64,000 nt of DNA. It comes from a virus. A program made the position numbers and the translations under genes. A model generated the notes under the pieces. It ran no database searches. It was not told where the DNA came from and worked only from the letters and a program-made list of their open reading frames with translations. Where the stretch lies: IMG/VR virus record IMGVR_UViG_3300036861_000995. One strand, given 5' to 3'. Shown here one piece after another: positions 9,994 to 19,668 of this stretch. Position 1 is the stretch's first letter, and the number at the start of each line of letters is the position of its first letter.

Positions 9994-10975
9994 TGTCGCG
10001 GCGGTAGGCGATCCCCTGGTTGTTCGTCCCGGTCGCGCTGGAGCCGACCGACTTCTGCTGAGACGGGAAGACGTACCAGTCCGAGCCGCCGATGTTGACC
10101 ACGTCGCGAGGCGCAAAGAGCCTTATGTTCACGCCACGGACGTCCTTCATTCGACCGAGGTAGTACACGCGGGAGTTCGCCACGTCCTGGTAGTAGAGCT
10201 CGATCGGATACATCGGGATTCCTCCGGACGCCGACCCGGCCGAGTACCTTCCGAAGGGAGATGCGGTGGGGCCTCCGCGAAAGCCACCCTGTACGTTGAC
10301 CTTCGCCTTCGGAACCGTCTGGTTGTCGTTCTCGGCGCCATTGTCGCGCCCCCAGACATTACCCCACTTGCCGCCCGCTACCTGGTTGGGCAGGCTCTCG
10401 AGGTGCAGAGTTGCGGCTCGCGACTCCTGCGCCGAGGCCACGTCGGCGAAGAGCCCGTCGAGCAGCATCGTGTCGGTAGTCGCGATCGCGCCGTTGGCAA
10501 CCTTCAAGTGGCCGTAGGCATACTCTCCGCCCGTCCAGTCGCCCGTCTTGTCGAGCGCGCCCCACCCGAAATGCTTGAACACGTCCGCGGAGGACTCCAC
10601 GACGACGTGCACGTAGTAGTCCTGCTCGAAGAACCAGTAGGTGTAGGGCCCGTTCCCGAGAGCGTTGACGTGGCGCTCGTCGTCCAGAACGGCGTTCGTG
10701 CTGCCGACCGCGCCGTTGCCGCTGTCGTCGGGGTGCTGGCCGGGCTGGTTTCCGCCCGTGTAGCCGAGCGCCTGGTAGATCCCGAGATGGTTGGGAGATG
10801 AAGTATCCCAGCGAACGCTCAGGAAGAGCGAGACTCCGGTCGCGGTGCGGTGCCACGCCGCCTGGCCGGATCCGGTGTTCAGTTGGTCCTGGGTCCAGCC
10901 GTTCGCGACCATGAAGCTGTCGAGAGCGGTGACGAGAGCCGCCATGTTGGTGGAAGTGCCGGTCGAGAACGCCAT
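9986..10975 (-). CDS. tail protein (329 aa)
   Basis: Tightly packed between 545-aa and 575-aa tail genes; Gly/Trp/Tyr-rich. Confidence 0.55.
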   Translation of the reverse strand: MAFSTGTSTNMAALVTALDSFMVANGWTQDQLNTGSGQAAWHRTATGVSLFLSVRWDTSSPNHLGIYQALGYTGGNQPGQHPDDSGNGAVGSTNAVLDDERHVNALGNGPYTYWFFEQDYYVHVVVESSADVFKHFGWGALDKTGDWTGGEYAYGHLKVANGAIATTDTMLLDGLFADVASAQESRAATLHLESLPNQVAGGKWGNVWGRDNGAENDNQTVPKAKVNVQGGFRGGPTASPFGRYSAGSASGGIPMYPIELYYQDVANSRVYYLGRMKDVRGVNIRLFAPRDVVNIGGSDWYVFPSQQKSVGSSATGTNNQGIAYRRDNG

Positions 10976-10979
10976 TCGA

Positions 10980-12617
10980 CTACTTCTCCCTCAGGGCGAA
11001 GTACGTGTAGTCCAGGGCCCTGTTGCCGCTCTTGAAGACGCGGTATCGATCCGTCCCCACGTCGATGAAGTCCTCCGACGTTAGCGGGGTCGTGACGTCC
11101 GCCGCGCTGACCCAGAATACTCCGTCCGGCTCACCGAAAATGTCCTTCTCGACGGGCGGGCCGTTCAGCGCGAAGATCGAGGTCGCGGGAAAGAGTCGTC
11201 GCAGCGCGCCCCCCGTATTCGGCGTCGGGTGCAGGGTCTTGTCAGGAACTCCCGGGAGGTTGTTCGTGGGAACAAGGATGTTGGTCCCGACGTTGCCCGC
11301 GAACGAGAAGCCGCCGTTCGCGGCGGTCGGCGTATCGGTGATGTTGTCGTCGGAGTCCACGCCGGGGTTCGTGCTGCTGAGCGCGATCATTCCGGAGGGA
11401 AACAGGATCCGATCCGTCTCCGAGGACCGCGACGGCGAGCTCTCGTCGTTCGAGACTCGGCTGTTGTTGATCCCGACCCAGGTGCCGTCCGCGCGCCGGT
11501 AGAACGCGGGACCTCCGTTCGCCTGCGCGGCGATCAGCTCCACGATGCCGCTGACGTACGTGACGATCGTGGAGTCGAAGAGGGCCCGGACTCGCGTCGT
11601 GCATCCCGAGATCAGGAGCGGATAGGGCCACTCGCTGGGGCTGCCAAATCGGTTCACGAACCCCAGGTAGAACGAGGCGTAGTGTGTGACGGTCGCGTTC
11701 CTGATCTTCACCACTCCGACGATCCTGTTCGTAGTGACCGAGAACCAGAAGTCGAGCGGGAACGAGCCGCCGCTGTCGTGGAGCGGGACGTAGGCCCCGA
11801 GCGTCCCGGTGGCGACCGTCGGATCTCCCGGACTCTTTCCCGCCTGCGCGTCGAACGTCAGGCCGTCGTTGAACGCGGTGAAACCGAACAGGGCCCAGTT
11901 GCGGGCGGTGTTCGCGCCGTTGACGGCGGTGTAGGTCCTGATCCCGACGAGTATCTGGTCCGACCCGCCGCCGGTCCCCTGGAGGATCGCTACCTGCTCC
12001 TGCGCGGTAGGCGAGACGTAGGTCACGTTCAGGGTGGCGCCCGAGAGGCCGGCCCCGGTCACGGCGACCGGGTTGGTCGGCGGCTTCTCGTAGAGACCCG
12101 CCGTGACGACGCCCAGGACGGCCGTGATCGCGCCGCCCGAGACGGTCACGGAGAACTGCGCGCTCGTGGTCACGCCGACCGCGCCGACGGTGCTGAGCGT
12201 CACGGTCTGCGTGCCGTTCGTGCCGCCCGAGCCGCCGCTGCCGACCGTGGCCGAGGCGGCCTCCTTCGAGCGCCGCTTCTCCGTCCACCCGTTGGAGGCC
12301 ATCGTCAGGTTGAAGGTCGCGCCGGTGCCGCCTCCGCCCGTCACCGAGACCGGGTTCGTCGGGTTGACCGAGTAGGACCCGCCCTCGTGCACGACGACCC
12401 CGGTGATGTTGCCGCCCGAGACCGCCGTAACCCTGAGCTTCGCCGCGAAGTAGGCCGTGCCGCCTGAGACCGTCAGCACGTCCCCCACGACGTAGGCGCC
12501 CGTGGTGGCCGTGCCGCTCTGGATGGCGACCGACGTGACGCCGTTGCCGATCGCGGAGTTGATGAGCTTCGTGAGCAGATCGAAGCGGTCTGTCGCGCTG
12601 CCTGTGATCCAGGACAT
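10980..12617 (-). CDS. tail protein immediately downstream of tape measure (distal tail / fiber-like, 545 aa) with internal repeat module
   Basis: Start overlaps tape measure stop; two copies of ~28-aa module (SVNPTNPVSVTGGGGTGATFNL / EKPPTNPVAVTGAGLSGATLNV). Confidence 0.6.
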   Translation of the reverse strand: MSWITGSATDRFDLLTKLINSAIGNGVTSVAIQSGTATTGAYVVGDVLTVSGGTAYFAAKLRVTAVSGGNITGVVVHEGGSYSVNPTNPVSVTGGGGTGATFNLTMASNGWTEKRRSKEAASATVGSGGSGGTNGTQTVTLSTVGAVGVTTSAQFSVTVSGGAITAVLGVVTAGLYEKPPTNPVAVTGAGLSGATLNVTYVSPTAQEQVAILQGTGGGSDQILVGIRTYTAVNGANTARNWALFGFTAFNDGLTFDAQAGKSPGDPTVATGTLGAYVPLHDSGGSFPLDFWFSVTTNRIVGVVKIRNATVTHYASFYLGFVNRFGSPSEWPYPLLISGCTTRVRALFDSTIVTYVSGIVELIAAQANGGPAFYRRADGTWVGINNSRVSNDESSPSRSSETDRILFPSGMIALSSTNPGVDSDDNITDTPTAANGGFSFAGNVGTNILVPTNNLPGVPDKTLHPTPNTGGALRRLFPATSIFALNGPPVEKDIFGEPDGVFWVSAADVTTPLTSEDFIDVGTDRYRVFKSGNRALDYTYFALREK

Positions 12618-15600
12618 CAGCCTAGGGCCCTCTTCGCCCGGTTGGGGTTCTTCTCGATCGCGTTCAGGATCACGCGGTGTCCGGCGGGGGAGTCCATCGT
12701 GTCGAGCGCCTGATCGGGATCCGTCACGTTCACCACGGAGACCCGCACCTCCGGCGGAGGCACCACGACCTGGGACGCTCCGCCCCCCGCTCCAGAACGA
12801 GCCAGGGCCTCCACGACCTGATCGTTCGGGACCACGCTTCCGGACCTACCAGGCACGAACAGCTCGGGACCGCGCTCTCCGACTATGTACGGCTGGTTTT
12901 CTCTGACCGGACCACCCTCCTGCCGACCGTCAAAGCCGGAACCCGTGAAGGTCACGAGGCTTCCGGCGAAGTTGGAGCCGCCCTGCGACTCGCCCTCTCC
13001 GGCGATGGCCTTCGCCGCCGCCAGCACGAGGTACTGGGTGATGAGCTTGCTCAGCTCGGCGATGATGTTCAGGGCGTACTGCTTGAAGTCGACGGTGCCG
13101 GTGCGGACGAACTCCGCCGAGGCGTTGCCGAGCGCATCCAGGACGCCGTTGAAGGCCGCTGCTCCGATCCTGGCGCTCGTGATGGACGCCTCCGCCTCCC
13201 TGAAGGCGACCACGATCCCGTCGGAGAAGTCGGTGCTGAGCTGCTGGGCGCGGAAGGAGAGCTCGCGCATTGCTACGGCGTACTGCTCCGCTGTGATGGC
13301 CCCAGTCGCCATCAGCACGTTCACCCGCTGGATCTGGTCCGCGACCTCCTTCTGCCGCTGAGCCAGGGCCAGGCTCGGCTCAGTGAGTCCGTTCAGGATT
13401 CCGCCCAGCTCCTGGAGCGAGGCGTTACGTCGAATCTCCCCGGCCCGGGCCGCCTGGTCCGTGGCCGTGAGGTTCAGCTCGCGCAGCCCCTGGATCTGAC
13501 GCTCGACGTCCTGCTGGAAGTCCGGCAGGAGCGCCACCTGCGCCTGGTCCGCGAGGTCGCGCTCGAGCTGCAGCCGCTGCTCCTCGAGATCGAGCTGGCG
13601 TGCCAGCTCGTTGTTCTGACGAATCTGGATCTCTAGGCCGGAGCGAGCGTTCTCGATCTCCACATCAGTTCTGCCCTTAGCCCGCAGCTCGTCTAGCTTC
13701 TGAGCGAGCTGGACCTGCACCTCGCGCTCTCGATTGGCGGCGCGAAGATCCTCCAGCCTGCCCGAGGCGTCGGTCCCCGCGCTCTTCTGACCTGCCCTGC
13801 CGAGTAGCTCCGGCACGCTCTGAGATAGCTCCTTGAAGCGTCGCTGAAGCTCGCCGAGGCTCGTGGCGAGAGGCGAGTTGTCCAGCCGACGCTGCTCCAG
13901 TATCGCCATGGCCCGGTTGAACTGGTCCGCCGACAGGTTGGCCTCCTCGAGCAGAGCCACGGTCCGATCGAACTCAAGATCAGGCGGCTCTATCTCGTCG
14001 AGTATCCGGGCCAGGTCCTCCGCCGCCTGGCGCTCGAGAACAGCCTTGCGCAGATCGTCCTCCTGTCCGGGCGCCAGCTTGGTCTTGCTCTCGCGCTCGA
14101 TTCTCCGCCTCTCGTTGAGCACGTCGAGCTCGAGCTCTCGCTCGTGCCGAGACTTCGCGAGCAGCGCCGTCTCCTCCCTGATCGCGGCGAGGCGCCTGGT
14201 GAAGCTCGTCTCTATCTCCTTCTGCCTCTTGTCCGTCCCCTGGATCCTCTTCGCCTCCTCGACGAGCTGCGCGAGATTCGCAGTGACTTGCTTTATCGTC
14301 TCGGCAGTGCTCGGGTCTCCCGTGCGCTCGAACTCCTCGTTGAGCTTCTTCAGGGCCCTCTGACTCGCGAGGATCTCCTCGCCAAGAGGGGCGATGGCGC
14401 GAGCCTCGTTCAGCGCGTCCTCTGACTCCTTGACTTTGTCAAAAGCCCGCTTGAGCTGACCCAGAGCTACCGCGAGAGACACCACCGCCGCTGCCGTAAT
14501 GAGTATCCCGGAGGTGACTCCGGCGAACACCGCGCCGGCGGTTCCGAAGACCAGCGCAAACTTGCCGATCGTCTGGAGTCCCTGCCCCACTCCGGGCAGG
14601 GAGGACGCAACCTCCCTCACCGCGTCGGCCATCGCCGAGAGGGCAGACACGACGAGCTGGACGCCGTCCAGGACCGTGGCGAGTAGCTCACGAGTACCGA
14701 CCAGCGCCGCGACGAGAGCGCCGACCCCGACTGCGGCGACGCCGAAGGGATTGGCCCTAAGGACGGCGAAGAGCCTCGAGAAGAGACCGCCGCCGGTCGC
14801 GAGCGTTCCGTTGAGCGTCTTCTGCGCCGCGGCCAGGGCCGCGTCCTTGGCCACGAGCTGCGTGTCCAGCGCGACGATCTCCGCGGTCGCGAGAGCGCGC
14901 CCCTGCTGCGCTGCGGCTGCGGCGGCGCTCGCCTCGGCGAGGGCGGTCTCCGCCGCGGCGGCCTGCGCCGTCGCGATCTCGCCGCGGACCCGGAGTGCTA
15001 GCAGCTCCTGCTCGACCAGCAGCAGGACTCGCTCCTCCTCGGCCAGCACTCCCACAGCCTGGGCGCGGGCCAGCTCGGCCTCGAGTACCGAGGTCTGCGC
15101 CTGCACCGAGCGAAGGTCGGCCTGGGCAGCTCGCAGCGCGATTGCCGCCTGGGCGATCTCGGCCTCACCCGCCTCGGCTACGGCGAGGGCCTTGGCGTGC
15201 TGGGCCTCGGCGGCGACCAGGGCCGTCTCGGCCAGTTGCACGTCCGCCTCGGCCGCGGCTGCGGCGATCTGGGCCTCCTGGAGTTGGGTAGATCCAGCCA
15301 GCACTCCGGCCGCGATCTGCGCTCTCGTCGCCTGCTCGAGGGCCCTAGACTCGCGAGCGGCGTCGAAGAGCCCCTGCACGTAGACCGCGATCCGTCCGGC
15401 GCTCAGAGCCGCGGGCAGGGCAAGTCCGGCGGTGATGACCAGGCCCAGGTTGCGGCTGAGCAGCACCAGTGTAGACGCGAGCACTCTCGAGGCGCCCGTC
15501 GCCTTGTTCAGCTCGCCGACGGTGACGACGACGTTGTTCCGCAGGATCTGGAACGCCTGCGAGATGGTCGGGACGGTCCTGGCAAATCGCTTCTCGATCT

Positions 15601-16261
15601 CCTCTCGGGCGTTCCTGAAGCCGTCGAGGATGACCTTGGCTCCGATCTCCCCGTCGCGGCCCAGCTCGCGCAGCTCGCCTCGGGTGACGCCGAGCTGCCG
15701 AGCGATCACGTCCGCCACCACGGGCAACTGCTCGAGCACCGATCTCAGCTCGTCCCCGGCGAGTCGGTTGGAGGCGATGGCCTGCGATAGCTGAATCAGG
15801 CCGTTGTTGGCCTCCTTGGCGGAGGCTCCGGACAGGATGATGGCCTTGTTGATCGTCTCGGTGGTCGAGAGGAGGTCGGTCTGGCTGATTCCGAGCTCGC
15901 GCGTGGCCAGCGCCGTGCGAGCGTAGAGCTTGGCAGTCTCCTCGAAGCCGCTCCGGCTGCGGTTGGCGATGCCGAGGAGCGCCACGGTCGTCTGCTCAAG
16001 CTCCCGCGTGCCGCGAGTGACGATCGCGAGCTGGTTCTGCACCTGGACGTAGCCGTCCGCGTACTCCGCCAGCGCCGAGGCCGCCCGCTGAATCAGGAGC
16101 GTGGCGGATCCGATGCCGGCGATCTGCAGCGCTCCCTTCAGGAGACTGTTCGTGGAGGCGGCCGTCCGGTTGAGCTCCTCCAGGCGATCGTCGACGCGGG
16201 CGATGCCCGCCTCGGCCTGCCGAGGCGAGGCGACGATCTCGATTCTGAAGGTCTCAGTCAC
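12617..16261 (-). CDS. tail tape measure protein (1214 aa)
   Basis: N-terminal tape-measure domain (LSQAIASNRLAGDELRSVLEQLP...), long Ala/Glu coiled-coil, central TM segments, C-terminal domain; position after chaperone pair. Confidence 0.9.
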   Translation of the reverse strand: MTETFRIEIVASPRQAEAGIARVDDRLEELNRTAASTNSLLKGALQIAGIGSATLLIQRAASALAEYADGYVQVQNQLAIVTRGTRELEQTTVALLGIANRSRSGFEETAKLYARTALATRELGISQTDLLSTTETINKAIILSGASAKEANNGLIQLSQAIASNRLAGDELRSVLEQLPVVADVIARQLGVTRGELRELGRDGEIGAKVILDGFRNAREEIEKRFARTVPTISQAFQILRNNVVVTVGELNKATGASRVLASTLVLLSRNLGLVITAGLALPAALSAGRIAVYVQGLFDAARESRALEQATRAQIAAGVLAGSTQLQEAQIAAAAAEADVQLAETALVAAEAQHAKALAVAEAGEAEIAQAAIALRAAQADLRSVQAQTSVLEAELARAQAVGVLAEEERVLLLVEQELLALRVRGEIATAQAAAAETALAEASAAAAAAQQGRALATAEIVALDTQLVAKDAALAAAQKTLNGTLATGGGLFSRLFAVLRANPFGVAAVGVGALVAALVGTRELLATVLDGVQLVVSALSAMADAVREVASSLPGVGQGLQTIGKFALVFGTAGAVFAGVTSGILITAAAVVSLAVALGQLKRAFDKVKESEDALNEARAIAPLGEEILASQRALKKLNEEFERTGDPSTAETIKQVTANLAQLVEEAKRIQGTDKRQKEIETSFTRRLAAIREETALLAKSRHERELELDVLNERRRIERESKTKLAPGQEDDLRKAVLERQAAEDLARILDEIEPPDLEFDRTVALLEEANLSADQFNRAMAILEQRRLDNSPLATSLGELQRRFKELSQSVPELLGRAGQKSAGTDASGRLEDLRAANREREVQVQLAQKLDELRAKGRTDVEIENARSGLEIQIRQNNELARQLDLEEQRLQLERDLADQAQVALLPDFQQDVERQIQGLRELNLTATDQAARAGEIRRNASLQELGGILNGLTEPSLALAQRQKEVADQIQRVNVLMATGAITAEQYAVAMRELSFRAQQLSTDFSDGIVVAFREAEASITSARIGAAAFNGVLDALGNASAEFVRTGTVDFKQYALNIIAELSKLITQYLVLAAAKAIAGEGESQGGSNFAGSLVTFTGSGFDGRQEGGPVRENQPYIVGERGPELFVPGRSGSVVPNDQVVEALARSGAGGGASQVVVPPPEVRVSVVNVTDPDQALDTMDSPAGHRVILNAIEKNPNRAKRALG

Positions 16262-16736
16262 TGCCCTTGCCCTCCGCCGCCTTCCGCCTCCTCGTCGCGT
16301 GCTCTAGGTACGCGCCGTCGAGGGCCCTGATGACCGACCGGAAGAGCTCCATGCTACCACCCTGGAGCCCCACGCGGATCCCGTGCTCGCGCACTCGCGA
16401 CTCCGGGATCGGGCCCAGGACCTGCCCCACCTGGCGCTCGGTCGAGAGCTCCCAGAAGGCGGTCAGGTAGCTCCGAGTCGACTCCCTCGGGATCGGCTCC
16501 CTCAGGAACCACTCCGGGAGCGGAGCGGAGCGCGCGGCCTTGGCGAGCACCTCGTAGCCCCTGGTCTGCCACTCGAGCTCCCACTTGAGCCTGGCCACGG
16601 CCGCCCGCGACGCGCCCTCGACCTCCGCCCTGGACAGCTCCGGGTCAGACCCGAAAGTTGCCGAGGTTCTGCGCGTGACGGCGGATCCGGTCGTAGAGGT
16701 CTGTCGGAAGCTGCCTGACGAGGACCAGCCTGTCAT
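16254..16736 (-). CDS. tail assembly chaperone, downstream partner (possible frameshift extension, T-like)
   Basis: Overlaps upstream 144-aa ORF by 92 nt in +1 frame; sits directly before tape measure. Confidence 0.45.
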   Translation of the reverse strand: MTGWSSSGSFRQTSTTGSAVTRRTSATFGSDPELSRAEVEGASRAAVARLKWELEWQTRGYEVLAKAARSAPLPEWFLREPIPRESTRSYLTAFWELSTERQVGQVLGPIPESRVREHGIRVGLQGGSMELFRSVIRALDGAYLEHATRRRKAAEGKGSD

Positions 16737-17079
16737 CCTGAGAGAGCGGCATAGGAACGTCCTGTCCGGTCTCGTCGTCTAGCCAGCCCCCGCCGTTGCC
16801 GGTCAGCACGTGCTGGGCGTAGAGCGGGTACGACTCGGCCCGATCCTTCTCGAGGTCCTCGACCATGAGGCCGTTCCGCAGCACCTCCTGCGGGTTCTTG
16901 GCCTGCGACCGCATGAGAGCGTTGAAGAAGGCCCGGTTCGCCTCGGCGGCCGGCCGGACCTCGAGCCACGGCACGACCTGGCGCCCCTCGGGGTCGAGGG
17001 GTCCGGCGATCTCAGGGAAGTGCACGCGGGAGACGGACTGGGGCCCGATCTGGGCCTCGGAGAGGTTCTTGAAGCGCAT
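16645..17079 (-). CDS. tail assembly chaperone (G-like, 144 aa)
   Basis: Position between major tail and tape measure; size. Confidence 0.5.
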   Translation of the reverse strand: MRFKNLSEAQIGPQSVSRVHFPEIAGPLDPEGRQVVPWLEVRPAAEANRAFFNALMRSQAKNPQEVLRNGLMVEDLEKDRAESYPLYAQHVLTGNGGGWLDDETGQDVPMPLSQDDRLVLVRQLPTDLYDRIRRHAQNLGNFRV

Positions 17080-17118
17080 TGGGGAGTAGTTCTAGTCCGG
17101 GGAAGATCCCCGATACCG

Positions 17119-18612
17119 TTACGCGGGCACGGTGGGGAAGAGACTGATGCCGATCGAGGTGCCGAAGAAGCTGTCCTGGAACGCCTCGCCGCTCAGGGCC
17201 ATGGTCACGGACTCGTTCACCGGGAAGCTCAGGGCTCCGTCGCCGAGGGTGAGCGACGGGAGGTCGATGCCGATGGCGCCGTCGTCGTTCTTGAGCAGCG
17301 TGTCCATCGTCACCGTCTCGTTGTTCCGGATGGCCGACGCGACCGCGACGGATGTGAAGAGGATCTCTCCCTCCAGGTCGACGAGGAAGAGTCCGTTGTT
17401 CATAAAGACGGCGCCGAGGGTCCCGATGCACTTCTCGGGGGCGACCTCGTTGTTCAGGGTCAGCGATACTTCCTTGAAGCATGTCGTCAGGCCCGTCTCG
17501 TCGACCTTCTGCACCCGCAGGCGCAGCACGTCCGAGGAGGTGTTGTAGGCGCCCGTCTGGAGCGGCTGAACGGGCGTCGAGGCGTTGGTCGCTCTGGTCG
17601 TTGTCGGCGCCGGGGTGTCGGTGCCGACGAACCCGAACTCCACGGTAGCCTTGTCGGCGAGCTGTAGGTTCAGGACCATCTCGTTCGCGAGATTGCCCTT
17701 CGGGTAGATGTAGGCGTCCGCCGGGCCGATCTCGACGTTCAGGTTCGGCAGGGCGAGCTCGAACGTGAAGCTGCGCGTCAGGAAGCTGGCGCTCGCCGTC
17801 GAGACGTTCTTCAGGAAGAGCCCGAAGAGCAGGTCGACCGTGTCGCCGGTGCCATTGTCCGCGGCCAGCGTGCTCGAGAGCTTGTCCAGGGTCAGGACGG
17901 TCGCGGAGACCGTGCGCACCCGTCCGTAGCCCTTCCCGGCGGAGAACTGGTTGGCCGAAAGTAAGCCCCCCACGTGGATCAACTGACCGACCTGAATGCC
18001 CATCGCGGAGAAGTCGGTCGTCCCGCTGAGGCGCGTGATGGTCGCGATTCCGGAGGAGATCGCGATGTCGATCGCGGAGGTCGCGAAGCGGAACCCGGCG
18101 ACCTCTAGCAGGGCGTTGGCCGGCGGAGTCTCGGTGACGAGACCTCCGCCGAGGATCGGAATGCTTGTCGTGGTAGCCCCGGTCGTCACCCGCTTCAGGC
18201 CGTTGTTCGCGGAGTTCGTGAACCCGCGGGCGAACACCAGATGTCCGTCCAGGAGCGTGGGACCGGCGGGAACCGTGTAGGCGGTCGTCGATACGGCCGT
18301 AGGGCGTCCGATCGGTCCGTAGTTCGTTCCGCTCCCGTACGTCGCGAAGACGAAGGCCTCCGAGAACAGCACGAAGACGTCCCGAGTCAGGTCGTGCTCG
18401 AAGTTCGCCTGCGAGTCCAGGTCGGTGGTCGTTCCCTTGCGCCGCTGACGATTGGCGCTGATGGGGCGCCGCGGCGTGGTCGTGATCGTGGCCCCGAAGT
18501 CGCCGATGTCGTTCGGCTCCAGGAGGAACCACGTCGGCGATCCCGGCAGTACGCCGAGCGACGACTCGACCGCGACCGCGAGGCTGACGTTGTTTGTCTT
18601 GACTTGTCCCAC
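17119..18612 (-). CDS. major tail (tube) protein, 497 aa, Thr/Ser-rich
   Basis: First large gene after connector genes and before chaperones; no separate sheath gene. Confidence 0.6.
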   Translation of the reverse strand: MGQVKTNNVSLAVAVESSLGVLPGSPTWFLLEPNDIGDFGATITTTPRRPISANRQRRKGTTTDLDSQANFEHDLTRDVFVLFSEAFVFATYGSGTNYGPIGRPTAVSTTAYTVPAGPTLLDGHLVFARGFTNSANNGLKRVTTGATTTSIPILGGGLVTETPPANALLEVAGFRFATSAIDIAISSGIATITRLSGTTDFSAMGIQVGQLIHVGGLLSANQFSAGKGYGRVRTVSATVLTLDKLSSTLAADNGTGDTVDLLFGLFLKNVSTASASFLTRSFTFELALPNLNVEIGPADAYIYPKGNLANEMVLNLQLADKATVEFGFVGTDTPAPTTTRATNASTPVQPLQTGAYNTSSDVLRLRVQKVDETGLTTCFKEVSLTLNNEVAPEKCIGTLGAVFMNNGLFLVDLEGEILFTSVAVASAIRNNETVTMDTLLKNDDGAIGIDLPSLTLGDGALSFPVNESVTMALSGEAFQDSFFGTSIGISLFPTVPA

Positions 18613-18621
18613 TGCTTCCTC

Positions 18622-19038
18622 CTACTTCGTCTCGTCGTAGGTGCACCGCACCTCGACGTTGAACTGCCTGCTCTTCTCGCCCCTTCGCAGGGGAATCTCG
18701 CTCACCTGGCCGTCGTCGAACTCCACTCCGCTCACGCGGCGCCCTTCCAGGATAGCACGCGCGTCGTGGGCGAGCGAGGCTCCGAGCCTCATGCCGCCCT
18801 GCGTCGCGGGCACGAAGACCTGCACGAAGGCGCCGGCTCGGCGACGATACTTCCTCGATCCAGTCGGCCCCAGCGTGAGCTGCCCACCGCCGAGCTGGCG
18901 GAAGCTCAGTCGCGCCCAGGACGCGCCCGGACCGGGCTCCTTGAAGGGCTCGCCCTCGAGCTCCAGCGCGGCCACGCCCTGGTCCCACTGGTCCAGAAAC
19001 TCGTCGTAGATCGCCCTGCGAGCCTCGTCGGGCGTCAC
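18622..19038 (-). CDS. tail terminator / tail completion-like protein (138 aa)
   Basis: Synteny directly upstream of major tail protein. Confidence 0.4.
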   Translation of the reverse strand: MTPDEARRAIYDEFLDQWDQGVAALELEGEPFKEPGPGASWARLSFRQLGGGQLTLGPTGSRKYRRRAGAFVQVFVPATQGGMRLGASLAHDARAILEGRRVSGVEFDDGQVSEIPLRRGEKSRQFNVEVRCTYDETK

Positions 19039-19424
19039 GCGCGCGTCTCCTCGAGGCCGCGAACGATCGCGCGCTGAACGAAGGTCGCGGGCGCCTGCGC
19101 GGAAGTGCCGCGGTTCAGGGAGTGCTCGACGTAGTCGACGTTGTTGGTGTCGTAGAGGTCGCCCTGAGAGAGCTCGTAGGCGCGAAGCGCGGCGACTCCC
19201 TCGGCCTGCGGCGCAAGATTCAGCCTTCCGGACTCGGCCTCCTCTCTTGTGCCCGCGAGCTCGAGACGAGGCTCACCCACGGACGGAATCCAGTTGGTCA
19301 CGGCGAAGCCCGTGTCGACCGGCGTGTCCTCCTGGAGGTTGGCATGAATGTTCAGCATCAGCCGACGCGCCACCTTGGTCAGAGAGCGCCGGAGCCCGAG
19401 GACTACCGCGACCCTGTCGCTCAC
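19035..19424 (-). CDS. HK97 gp10-like head-tail connector protein
   Basis: VDTGFAVTNW motif resembling DTGxLRxS of HK97 gp10 family; synteny. Confidence 0.45.
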   Translation of the reverse strand: MSDRVAVVLGLRRSLTKVARRLMLNIHANLQEDTPVDTGFAVTNWIPSVGEPRLELAGTREEAESGRLNLAPQAEGVAALRAYELSQGDLYDTNNVDYVEHSLNRGTSAQAPATFVQRAIVRGLEETRA

Positions 19425-19660
19425 TCGTGCGCCGAGGCCTCGATGTCCGAGAGGGCCTCGTCCTTCTTCGACTCGGCCGGGAGGCAGTCGACGTAGCGCG
19501 CCTCCCAGAGCTGCCGCAGCCTACGCTCGTCGCACTCCGCGTCGCGCGGGTCGAATCGGTCGCCGTTCTGGTAGTGGCGACCGTTGGCGTAGAAGGCACA
19601 CCGAACCACGAAACCCCGCTGGGGCTCGTAGTTCGGTCGTCCGAGATCGAGGGAGACCAC
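19421..19660 (-). CDS. head-tail adaptor-like small protein (79 aa)
   Basis: Synteny directly after major capsid gene. Confidence 0.3.
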   Translation of the reverse strand: MVSLDLGRPNYEPQRGFVVRCAFYANGRHYQNGDRFDPRDAECDERRLRQLWEARYVDCLPAESKKDEALSDIEASAHE

Positions 19661-19668
19661 GGATCAGG

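Noticed and set aside
17119-18612. 497-aa protein as a myovirus tail sheath
   Set aside because: There is no separate tube gene or baseplate wedge cluster. The gene is directly followed by the chaperones and tape measure, as in siphoviruses with large major tail proteins.
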